A DNA stretch of 64,000 nucleotides, from assembly GCF_031769215.1 (NCBI RefSeq), contig NW_026782379.1, positions 1 to 64,000 on the forward strand, read 5' to 3'. Below the pieces are notes generated by a model that saw only the letters and a program-made list of their open reading frames with translations, had not been told where the DNA came from and ran no database searches. Numbering within the stretch: position 1 is the stretch's first letter; the number at the start of each line of letters is the position of its first letter. The position numbers were made by a program, and so were the translations under genes. Below, one piece after another: positions 1 to 11,500 of this stretch. Source of the DNA: Ylistrum balloti. Lineage: Eukaryota.

Positions 1-1099
1 TGGGTCCCATATTCAGCACTGTACAGCCTCCTGGAAAAAGGCCTAAAATATGTTACATACAATCTAGTTTTATTGAATAATATCCCATCTATCTAATTAC
101 ACTGCTTAAGTTTTTGTTTATCCCTTTTTTTCTATTAAGATCAATGAAAGTGAATGTGAAATTTTTGGTTAATATTAACTTTGATGGAGCAAAGATATCA
201 TCATACAATATATGTACATCTTATCATAATTCCTGTTTTCAGTATGAATGATGTTCATAGTTTTCAGAAAAGATATTTTGCTTCTGATCATCTATGAAGG
301 AACATGTTTGTAAAACATTTGAAAAAATAAAACCATAAAGAACAAAAACAAAAATAAAGCAAAAAAAATGTGGTGAAATAACATGAGGAAATACTGGCAT
401 GTCTATAGAATATTACCAAAAGAAAGATTTATATGGAGGTCATTGAAATGGTATAATGAAAACAAAGCCAGGTTTTTCATTCAATCCAATTACTATAATT
501 TTACATGAAAATGGTCAAGGTTAACAACTACAAAACTATCAGGAATAATTATTAATGAACAGTGTTGCATCAAACACCTTAATCTTCATATATCAAACCA
601 AATATTTCCCACTGAGACTTATGTGACTAGCTAGATAACCATTAATTCATCATTCTACTATATCCTACATGTAATTATATGTTCATGGTAATTCTATCTG
701 ACAGATGTCAACAGCTACAAAGTTATTTTCTATTTTGAAATGAAGTCTATTGAATTTCATATGTTTGTGCTTTATATCATGTATGGCACAATCAATCCTA
801 AGACACAAAGAAGTCTACTTAAATCCTTAAATCAAGATCTCAACCATACTGATGGTCTTCCCAGCTTAATTTCACAAAAGAAATTCCTCGTCAGTGTATG
901 ATAAAACATGTGGGAATCAACAATAAGATATCTTTATTTCTTACATACATTTACTGCTTTCTAACTTGAAAAGCACGCAACATCATGAACAGATGTTTAT
1001 TGATTTTTCCCCAGAGGCAACGCTGTATTTTAACCAAACTCAGTAAGCCGTCATACAATTCACACATTACGAGAATTGTGTTCGAGAATAAGAAAATAT

Positions 1100-2470
1100 G
1101 TTCTTTCCATTCAAATTACAATATAGTTGTACGTTAGTAAATGTGTGTTGTCCAATTTTGTCTCCTATTACTAGGGAGGTCAGCTCAAAAAATGAACCAC
1201 CTAGAAAACATTTTAAAACATGTTTTTTGGACAAAACTCAAAGAAAGAGGAATTTTGGTGCAAAAATTTTGGAAATCGGTTGAGCGGTTCAAAAGTTACA
1301 TCAATTTTTGTACCTCGAAAAGCGACCCTTTTTCTGTTTTTAGCAAATAGTCTCTAAAAGAGGCATGTTTGAGGCCTTATATCTGAAAATGTGGTTATGA
1401 TATGTATTGTCTGATTGTTGTAGGGTGCCAAGTTCCCCTTAAGCTTCAAAAAGAAACATTTACTTAGTTTAGGTGGGGACAGATAAAAAAAAAATTGGCA
1501 GCTGAACATGAGGAATTATTCGTTTGGACTTAGTTTTTTTGAGAAATGTGTCGGCACCCCTCTTTGCTAGACTACCACTTTTGAAGAACTTTATCTTAAA
1601 AAGTAATCACCCAATTTATCCAAATCTCCTTATTTTTACAGATCACAATGCATTTTCTTGAAAAAAAATTCCAGTTAGGGTTTAAGATCATTATTTTTTT
1701 TAATATTTTGATATCAAATACCCTGCGCAGCCCCTTTTTGAGACAAAATCGAAAATTTCAGAAAAAATGACTTTTTTGATGCAGAAAGCTCAAAAAAAAT
1801 CTGGAATTTTTTTTATATGGTGTTTCTTGTTGATCTTTGTATGTTTTATCAGAAAATATGTAATATTTCCCCTAAAAAATTTTTTTGAAAGCAACAGCTC
1901 CAAAATACAGCTGCCAAAGAGGTATATTTTTAGCCCCGAAAAGACGAAAAATAACATTTTTTCAGGACAAAAAGATCTTCAACTACTCCCAGGTGGTAAT
2001 AAAATGACAATTTATATAAGAATGCTTATTTCTACATACAAATGATCAAGTTTTAACTCAAAACAACAATTTTTTGCAACATTTAAGGTTGTTTTTCTAC
2101 GTTTTGAAAATTTTGGATAAAACCTGAAATTTGTGTTTAATCATGAAATGCGAGAAGAATATAAACTATTGTATGGTGTATAAGGTATCATTTTAAAGAT
2201 AGAAATATGTAGAATGCAACTAGCACATATTTGTACCTCTATCTATTAACAGCACCAAGTATTTCTATAAAAACCTAGCCCTACCCCAAAATCAAACATT
2301 CTCAGAAGGTGAACCCCCCCCCCCCCCCCAATTTTTTTTTTACTCCTACAAACAATATCATTTAAGAAAAAATGTTCCTGTTGACATTAGTTCACCTTTT
2401 ATAAGCCTTAAGAGTTGAAACACGGTTATTCTTGTCTTTATAAGTTTATCCTTAAGATTAAGATAAAAGC
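1100..2470. mobile_element. Possible decayed non-autonomous DNA transposon upstream of ABCD
   Basis: No coding signal; AAATCGGTTGAGCGGTTCAAAAGTTAC and GGTATCATTTTAAAG motifs with long A/T/C homopolymers, typical of transposon subterminal sequence; no TIR pair found. Confidence 0.25.
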
Positions 2471-3359
2471 ACAAAAAATAGGTAAATCTGTCATTATCTA
2501 GCATAAGTTACTTTTAACATCAATGTTAAAATTTAACGGTCATAAAAATTGTTATCTAATTAATTCATTGATAGTGTTGAAAAAAAAAGTAAAAACAATC
2601 ATCACATCCTTATCAAACTGCAAATAAAAAAGTGTATTGGATTGTAAATAAAACTTATCACACTTACCAAAAATAAAATGAAAATCAGTATATCAGAGCG
2701 TGTAAACAAACTAAAAAGAAAATAAATCAAAATAATTTTTTTTTTTTTAGAAAAAGATTTATTTAGATTAAAAATTAAATAAAATAAATCACAATTATTA
2801 TTCTTCCTCTGAAAAATTTGACAAATTAAAAAGAAACCAAAATAAGGTAAAATAAAACTTAAATAAATAAAAGAGATTTTAAAAAGTGTCATAAATTAGC
2901 AAAACAATTAAAAATATAAAGAATTTCAACAAAATAAATAAAACAACTTTCTTTCACTTCAACAATACCCCCTTGCATTGATAAAGAAGGGCAGTTCTTA
3001 CATTCAGAAGGAATTTAACAACCAAGATATAGACCAAAATCAACTTTCTGAGTTAAGAAGTATGGGCTAGTTGAGAGGGAGTATAATCATGATATTTGAC
3101 AGAGAAAATTGTTTTCTCATCAAATGTTCATGCATTTATTTCATGGAAAATAATTTGTATTTGTGAAGTATGGTTCTGTGTTCAGAAAATGTTTTTTTTA
3201 TACCCCCAAATATATTTTCTTAACCACAGCAACTATCTCCGTTTTTTCTTTTGTTCTAAAACATACTTTTATATAAATCCTAAAGATAATCGAATGTTTC
3301 CTTTGATATTTAACATAAAACCCCAAAAATGTTCCGAATGGACATACTGATGTCATGAA

Positions 3360-3840
3360 CGTGTCCCATTGGTCAATTTTGTTTACCGGGTCGGGAGGAT
3401 TTGCACCCGGCCTGCAGCAGCAGCAAAGTTCGATAACTCATACGAACAAAACATTGTGGCAAAAGTCATTCAAATATCCAATGATTTCCGCTGGCTGCTC
3501 TTGTTATTTTGTTGAAACCTTGGTTACCAATCGCTAGAGGAAGGTCCAGGCTACCAAAATCCGAGTGATCCCTGTTCGCGGCGAAGTGATATCACGGTAA
3601 AAAAACACTGTTTTGCAAATTTATATTTTTTACAGTGTGATCCCTATACTTTTTCAAAAGAGATCACTCAGTTTCAAAAACTAGACTATATTTCCTAAAT
3701 TTTAAGCCATTAATGGTAAAAATTGGTCCAGTAATAGCCAGCGGATTTAATTCTGAACTTGGCACACTTGTTGACACATAAATCAACATGGCGGCCGAAT
3801 TTTTGGAAACGACTTCACTTCGAACTCCATGCAATGGTAG
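3360..3840 (+). promoter_or_regulatory. Probable ABCD promoter region: CCAAT boxes and YY1-type motif
   Basis: CpG-rich relative to the introns; ATTGG 3368, CCAAT 3478 and 3527; AACATGGCGGCC 3785-3796; possible donor G|GTAGGA at 3836/3837. Confidence 0.45.
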
Positions 3841-4571
3841 GAATTTATATCTTATTACAAAATGATTACCAAAATAGGAAAATATAAGTCTTGAACTTTA
3901 TTTTGATATATTTTTATCCCCCAACTACGCTTATTTGATATTTTAATTTTAGTGTGAAAAACCCGAAAAAATGGGGTTTTTTGCTCCAACAGAACGTAAT
4001 AAGCCTGTAAATGACCGTCGCCGACCTCCCTACTAATGCATAATTACTTACAAACACGACAGAAGTATAGAGGAAATTATTGGATAACTGGTCGACGATA
4101 TTGTTTTCAGGTTTAGTAGCATGACTAGCTACCTACCCATATAAGTTAGGGCCGCAGGCTGTCAGATCTGTCATAATCATACACATGTAATACGTTCCTA
4201 CCTTCCTGCACTGTCAAACGGTTTAATTTATTGTGACTGCGGGCAGGCGTTCCTGTTGAGTGAACATGTTTTCTTTTTAAAGTTTAACTCGACATCATTT
4301 AGTGTAGTAAAAGTGAGTGTGTCTTTGTATGTGATTTTCATTTTACCTTCTGTACTTTTCTTTCATTTGAAAACCGCAGTCGATTCCTCGCACCACCAAC
4401 CCAGTTCATATTTGCCGCTAGGACACTTTTGATGCAGACGACGGAAGTCGGTCAAAGGTCACAAACTCGTTTTGATAAGAAATCCAACATGGATGACAGT
4501 GTTACGAAGTTCAGGAGATGGTGTTGTGTATTTAACGTATATGGCGTGTAAAAGACAGTTGAAGCCTAAAA

Positions 4572-5507
4572 ATGTCGAAATTTCTTTACTTAGCCAACAA
4601 ACGAAACATCACACCAAAAAAGGTAGCAGCAACAGCGGCATTATGTGTGGTTGCAGCCTACGGAGCTAAAAGATGTTGTCCGGAGGTGAAGAAAGCGCTT
4701 TCTTGGCTTCTGGGAACAGGAGATGCCATTGACAAGGATGAAACATTGTCACTCAACAAAAGTTACCGGGACACACATAAGAAAGGAAAGAAGTCTACCC
4801 CCACTGTCAACAAAAGGTTTTACAAGCAGTTAAGACATCTGTTGAGAATCATTATCCCCGGACTTTGGACCAAAGAGTTCGGGATATTGACTGTTCACAC
4901 ACTGACACTGATAGTGAGGACGTTCCTCTCCATATACGTGGCAACGTTAGATGGACGAATAGTACAAACAATAGTGAAAAGAGACGTGAAAAGTTTTCTC
5001 CTCAGACTAACTCAATGGCTCCTGATTGCAATTCCCGCAACATTTGTCAATAGTCTTATACGTTTTCTTGAATGTAAATTAGCACTGGTGCTGAGAACAC
5101 GACTAGTCTATCATGCTTACAAATTATATTTCAAAAATCAAACCTACTATCGTGTTGACAATTTGGACAGTCGTCTGTCCAATTCTGACCAATGTCTCAC
5201 AGATGACATCACAATGTTTACACAATCTCTTGCTCATCTTTATTCCCACCTAACAAAGCCTATCCTTGATGTAGCATTAATCACGTTTACTTTGTATTCG
5301 CAAGCTAGTAACCGTGGAGCAAGCTCCAAATACCCATCAATGCTGGCTGCAATAGTTGTATGCTGTACAGTTCACATTTTGAGAATTGTTTCTCCAAAGT
5401 TTGGCAAATTAGTGGCAGAAGAAGCAAAGCATAAAGGACATCTACGATATGTGCACTCAAGAGTCATTGCAAATGCTGAAGAGATTGCCTTCTATGGAGG
5501 ACATAAG
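4572..5507 (+). CDS. ABCD2: ABCD exon 1 (N-terminus, transmembrane domain, EAA motif)
   Basis: ATG 4572 with an in-frame upstream TGA at 4560; ends ...FYGGHK|gtaaag, phase 0. Confidence 0.95.
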
Positions 5508-8500
5508 GTAAAGAAAGGATGAAATGCCCATCAAAACATAAGCAACTTAGAACATTGGATTCTCTTATAATCTGTTTTAATCACCCACAAGGTTGAAATG
5601 TAGGTCATGTAATAAAATGATGAAAATTGCCCTACAAATATAGATGCAAAAAGGAAAAGAAGTTAATGTTAATTTTGTAAAAAAAAATAAACAAACAAAA
5701 TTGCTTTTTACATTTATAGGTTTTAAATATTTTTTGTAACTGTTACCATTTCAGATTGAACAAAACTTGTTGCAGACCAGCTACAAACATTTAGCAAAAC
5801 AAATGGACGTTATTTTCAAGACCAAACTTTGGTATATTATGTTAGAGCAGTTCTTGATGAAGTATGTCTGGAGTGCTAGTGGACTTGTTATGGTGGCCAT
5901 CCCGATGATATCTGCAACTGGAGGAGGCATACGTGCTGATGGTAACATGAAATTACTATTTTGGCACATATTTTTGTTTTGTTTATGAAACCTTGGAAAT
6001 TGAAAAGGTTTTCATTGTGGTCATTACCATATGAACAGATACTGTTAATCATAAATAATCAAACCTGCATATAAATCTCAGCAAAGGTAGTTACGTTGAA
6101 TACCAAACCAGGGACCTTTATAATCATGTCATTAGCAGGTATCTGTTTCTTGTATTAGATACAGAAAGCCTTTAAAACAGGTTTGACTTTATGTAATAAG
6201 AACAGAAAAATGCACTGGACCATCTGATTTCCTTGATTCTCTACCAGATGAGCTGTCTGGTCACAGACAATGGACAAAGTCCATTTCCACATTTCGCCCT
6301 CCTTTTTCCAAGTCTTCACTTCCTAAGACACAATTATTTGCAGTCCAGGTTGGGGTATCCCCATGTCAAGCATTCACTTACCTGGTACTTGAAACAAAGT
6401 TTGGTCATGAGCTCTAAATGAAAGAAGCTTGGGAAAATGAAACAATCAGTCTGGAGTTTGAACCCAGGACCCTATAAACTCCAGATGGGTGCTCTACCAA
6501 TTGAGCTACCTGGTTGCCAACAGTCAACTGAGTCCAGTTCCACTACAGTAATTTCCGATTTTGTAAAACATATTAACTAACATTTTAACTAAATGAGAGG
6601 AAAAGTCTTCCAGTTGTTTTTTGTTGATACTGACTTTTTAATGATATTCATGTACAGTTTGTATATACTTCTACTCATATTATATTTCAGGTAGTCATGT
6701 AGATGATGATCCAGATGGAGGAGTTGGAGAAAGGACAAAGGCATTTACTACTGCAAGAAACCTTCTAATAAACTCTGCAGATGCTGTTGAGAGGCTGATC
6801 TCATCATACAAGGAGGTAGTTTTGTTACCAAAATTTTGATCTATAGAGTTAAGTTGATAACATTACTAATAAAAAGTTATATGATGTAGTTGCTACATAT
6901 TTCCTTCCTTTGACCTGCACTATGCATTAGTCATTTAGTTGTTATTGTTCAGCAGTGATGGTAAATTAGAAGAAGCAGGTTGTTGTAGATGAGGAAATAA
7001 GTAGTACAAGAAAATAGGGCGTCTTCTATACAGTGATGTTGTTTCTGGGGTGTTACTGCATACTATACATGATTAACCATTGTTTTAATTGCTGAAGGCG
7101 TAGTAATCAATATTCAATATCCCTTCTTACATTGATTAACATTTCGTTTGGAGTATCATTAAACATTGCATTCCTAATTATAATACACCCAACTTTACTT
7201 AGTAAAAGGGGAATGGGGGAGGTAAATAGTAATCACTTTGCTTCTTTGCATTCGTACAAGATTTCTTATGAACCCCTGGACAAAGTTAATTCATATTACA
7301 GGAATCTGATGTTCTATGTGGGAAATAAAGACCTATAACCCACCGGGTAATATCAAGTACTATTCAGCTTTGCCCAATTGGGCTATATGGTGCAGTGTCA
7401 GACTGCAAAAAGTATAGCTGGTAATGGAGGCCCAACTGAATTTTCTAAGTTCACCTGGGGTGATAGCCTTGATAAGCAGGATATCATGAGACCTTATATA
7501 AGTGGCCCAGGTTTACTGTATCTCATAAGGTTAAAGGTCACACTTGACCACTTTGGGATAAAAGAGTACATTTTGGTTGTCATTGGTCAATGTAAAAGTG
7601 TCAAAGGGCAAGTTGACTACTTCTGAAATAAAAAGCATGTGTATAAGATATCCTAGAAACCTCTCAACAAGTTTAGATACATGTTAAAGATCAAGATCAA
7701 GGAGTAAGGGTATACCCACTTGAGCTTGCTTTGTTTCAACTATCACCTGATGTAGATGAAAAACTTTATAAAATCTAGAATAACTTGTAGTGAATGACAT
7801 TAACCTGATAATGTATGCTTGTCTCAAGTTTTGAATACTTGTGTTAATTGCAAGACTAGGATTTTGTCAGGCTTTGTATGTATATACATGTTTCAATGTT
7901 TTTGATTTTACAAAGAGGAAATTTGATTTTATGTACAAAAGATCACAGAACTTGCTGGATACACATCACGAGTTTCTGATATGATAGAGGTGTTTGAAGA
8001 TGTTGGAGTTGGAAAGTATCAGAGAAATGCTGTCACCAAAGTAGGAAAAGGCATAACTGTAGACCATGTTAGTGGACCTCTGGAAATCAAAGGTAAGACT
8101 GTCATTATGTGCTAACTTTACATGAGTAACCAGAGACCTGAAGCAGTACAGACTTCTGTGTTTAAACCAGTACAAATAATGTATTAATACTAACTTGTTA
8201 AATTGGTTGAATTTACAGCTTTATTTTTCAATGATTCATATATCACAACCAACTTTATCTAACTTCATTTTAGTGTGATATTGAGTCTGATATTAACTGC
8301 AACTGGTGATGCATGAACTTCATGAAGATTGTGTCATGTGTAACATGTGGTAACATTAACATTATATAGTATAGATTATGTTGTCATAAGGATCTAATAT
8401 TAATATTTTGAATTGAAGAAGCTGAAAACAATAGTTTTGATAGTTTTATAATGAAATAGATGCCTTTGAAAAAATGTTTACGTCTTTCAAAAATCGTAAA

Positions 8501-11500
8501 CAAGATGTTTGAAAATTCAAAATTTGCTGTTTACTTTCAAGATTCTACAGCAAAACCCTGTTACCATGGTAAACTTGAATTTAGCATGAGATTTTTTTGT
8601 TTCTTTATTTTGTTTTGTGTTTCTACTTCAACTTCCCATGGGTAGCTTTTCCTAAAATTGAAAAAGTATAAACATATAATGTAAAGACAAATTGGCATAA
8701 AGGAACTGTTAATAGCAAAACTTGAAATCAGGCATCATTCATTTGTACCATCAGCAGCAAACATTGTTGATATCTTGTATCATATCTTACCCAAATATAT
8801 ATGAACACAATGGTTTCAGTGGAAATCACAGGATACTAATTCACTGTCACCTGCGAAAAGAAATAAAGCATGTTAATTTGTATTTGTCATTCAAATAATT
8901 TCAGACTTTATTCTGTTGTAACAATACATGTTTATCTGTGGCAAGGAGCTCAGTATGCATGAAGCATGTTATCTATATGTATTCCATGGGTAGATTTTGA
9001 AATTATTTAAGTAAGCCTGTATCCATTTTAGCTTTTATCAATAGTTGTATTTACTGTTTAGTACAGTTACATTTGATTTTGAGGATGCATCGTTCTCAGA
9101 AGGCAACACAACCCCACTAGCCATAATGAAATGGCTGATATCAATTCCTAAAGAATTTGCCAGGGTTAATACTCTGTTTAAATGTATGCTTTTGATAAAT
9201 TGTAGATCTATCTGCTTTGAGGATTAATGTGTTCTAGCATGTTTATATTGAACTGAATTGTATTACATGTACATTTCACTTAATGCAAAAACTGTTGTTG
9301 TCAAGTTATTGAAAAAAAAACACATATTTATTTGAATTAGTATGGTTATGATTTAACACTTGACAAGTGTAAAAGTCAATGCATGGATATGTAATTGTGA
9401 TGTTCAGTTTCAAGTATAGTCAAGCCTGTCTATAGAGGCCACTCAAGGGAGCTGAGAAAAGTGGTCTTTATACACAGGTGGCCTTTGTTTAGAGGTTCAG
9501 TAAATATGAATCATGTTACAAGTAGCTTTTATAGACTGGTTGCCTTTGTATAGATGTGGTCTTCAAGACAGGGTTGACTGTGCTCTGCATAGATTGCTTT
9601 TTTTTTTAATTCTTTATTATTTTTTACTATTATCATGGATGGAATAATTTTGTGAAAATCAGATACCTTGAAAATGAATAAGGAGGACAACAGTGTCATA
9701 TCTTATGTAAAATATATATCCTTTTTGTATCAGCTTGTTTTAACTTGAGCATGAAAATTTGAACTTAAGAAAATTTAAAGAACTGTTAATTGTACGAGTT
9801 TTGGGAACATTATAGCATAAACATGAATGAAGGCCACTGAAAGTCAAATATACCTGAAATATAGAAGTGGTTGTTATTTATATTGTATATAAATAGGGCA
9901 ATCTGGATTAAATAAGCAGTCTTTTCATACTCTATTGTAAACAAATCTCTGAACTTAGTGGAGAAGCTTTTCACATAGAACCTGTAATGATTGGAGCTTT
10001 TTCTGAAAGACATCGATTTATAACTTCTAAGATTATCTGATAATGTTAACATTCATTAACAGGTGAAGTTGTGGATACAGATTCGACAATTGATATTCAG
10101 AACTTACCCATCATTACACCCAATGGAGATGTCATTGTAGCCAACCTGAACCTCAAGGTAAGATTCACTATTGTCTTATGTACATTGGTAACTGTTTTAA
10201 AGTAAACCTCTTGGTATTGTCAGGGTATGTATAGTTGCATTTCATCTATTGTTGTACATGTAGCAGTTGGGAAGTCATGTTAAGTCCTGAATAATTAATT
10301 AAATATTACACAACAATTGGTTGTTATATATCGTATTTCTTTTACTGTACTCAAGTTATAAAATTTTTCAAAAGTTATAAAAACACTTCTGTATGTTTTT
10401 TGTAATTTTTTAAAAATTTCTAACTCATGTTACAATTTATAACAAGCATGAATTTGTGTGGCCTGTTTATACCACAATAAAAAATCCTATTCCAAAGTTG
10501 AATTGACTTGCCCTGTACCCATCTATATTTTGTTTACAACATCAGATGAAGCTGAATTATATGACATTTAGTGAAATGCAGCTAATGTATATGGAAAACT
10601 GACAATTTCAGAAAGACATGAAGATGTTATAACTTCTTATGAATTTTAATTAGAAATAAATTGGTTTGTTATCTTCACAACAAAAAAAGGATATAAATTC
10701 AACTGAAGATAAGATTATTACAAAAACAGATTATCATAAAAACAACTATGAACCACTCATTACACATCCTGATTTGTGTTAGTTTGTGTGAAATGCCTTT
10801 TTGGCCAAAGTTCATTTGCTCAACCAATCAAAAAATGCAAAATTGTTATACCACTTATGGTATGACATAGATATTGATACAGTAGTTAGAATAATCAATC
10901 GGTGTCTTTGGAGTTAAGGAACACCCATCTATTAAAGTAGAAATCCCTAAGAGTGGATTTCATTTGTGTGCGGAAAATTTTTCCCTTGCTTATTTCCGTT
11001 TAATTTATTATATTGACAATTACTAGAGAAAGGAACCTCACATGTATTGTTTCAGATTGAGAAAGGAACACATCTGTTAATCACTGGACCAAATGGATGT
11101 GGCAAATCGTCGTTGTTCCGTATCCTCAGTGGATTGTGGCCAGCATATGGTGGCAAACTCCTGAAACCACCACCCAGCACAATGTTTTACATTCCTCAAA
11201 GGTGACAATTCTGACAATACATATATATCGTGGCTTTAATTCTGTTCATATTACTATGTGGTTGATAGATAAAGATAATGAGAAATTAGATATTGAGCAA
11301 ATATTTCTAATCTGAATTAAGGTCTATAAAATGTCTGTATGCATAGAAACTAATGTAAAGACTTTCTGTCCTGTTCACTGATAAAGGCAACATCTTACAA
11401 AAGTTATTCCCCTTGAATAGCTTCAACCCCGACAACTGTGAAATATAACCTAAGTGAAATAAAACAATTATACATTATTGTCGATGTCACAGCTGTTCTC

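Noticed and set aside
2602-2892. Phe/Leu/Ile-rich membrane-like ORF
   Set aside because: Translation of an A-rich low-complexity tract.
3386-3410. Hairpin CCGGGT...ACCCGG with a T-loop-like or octamer-like ATTTGCA core
   Set aside because: Too short; no surrounding tRNA or snRNA structure could be built.
6444-6515. Functional tRNA gene
   Set aside because: A and B boxes are present but the acceptor and anticodon stems do not pair properly; better explained as a SINE head.
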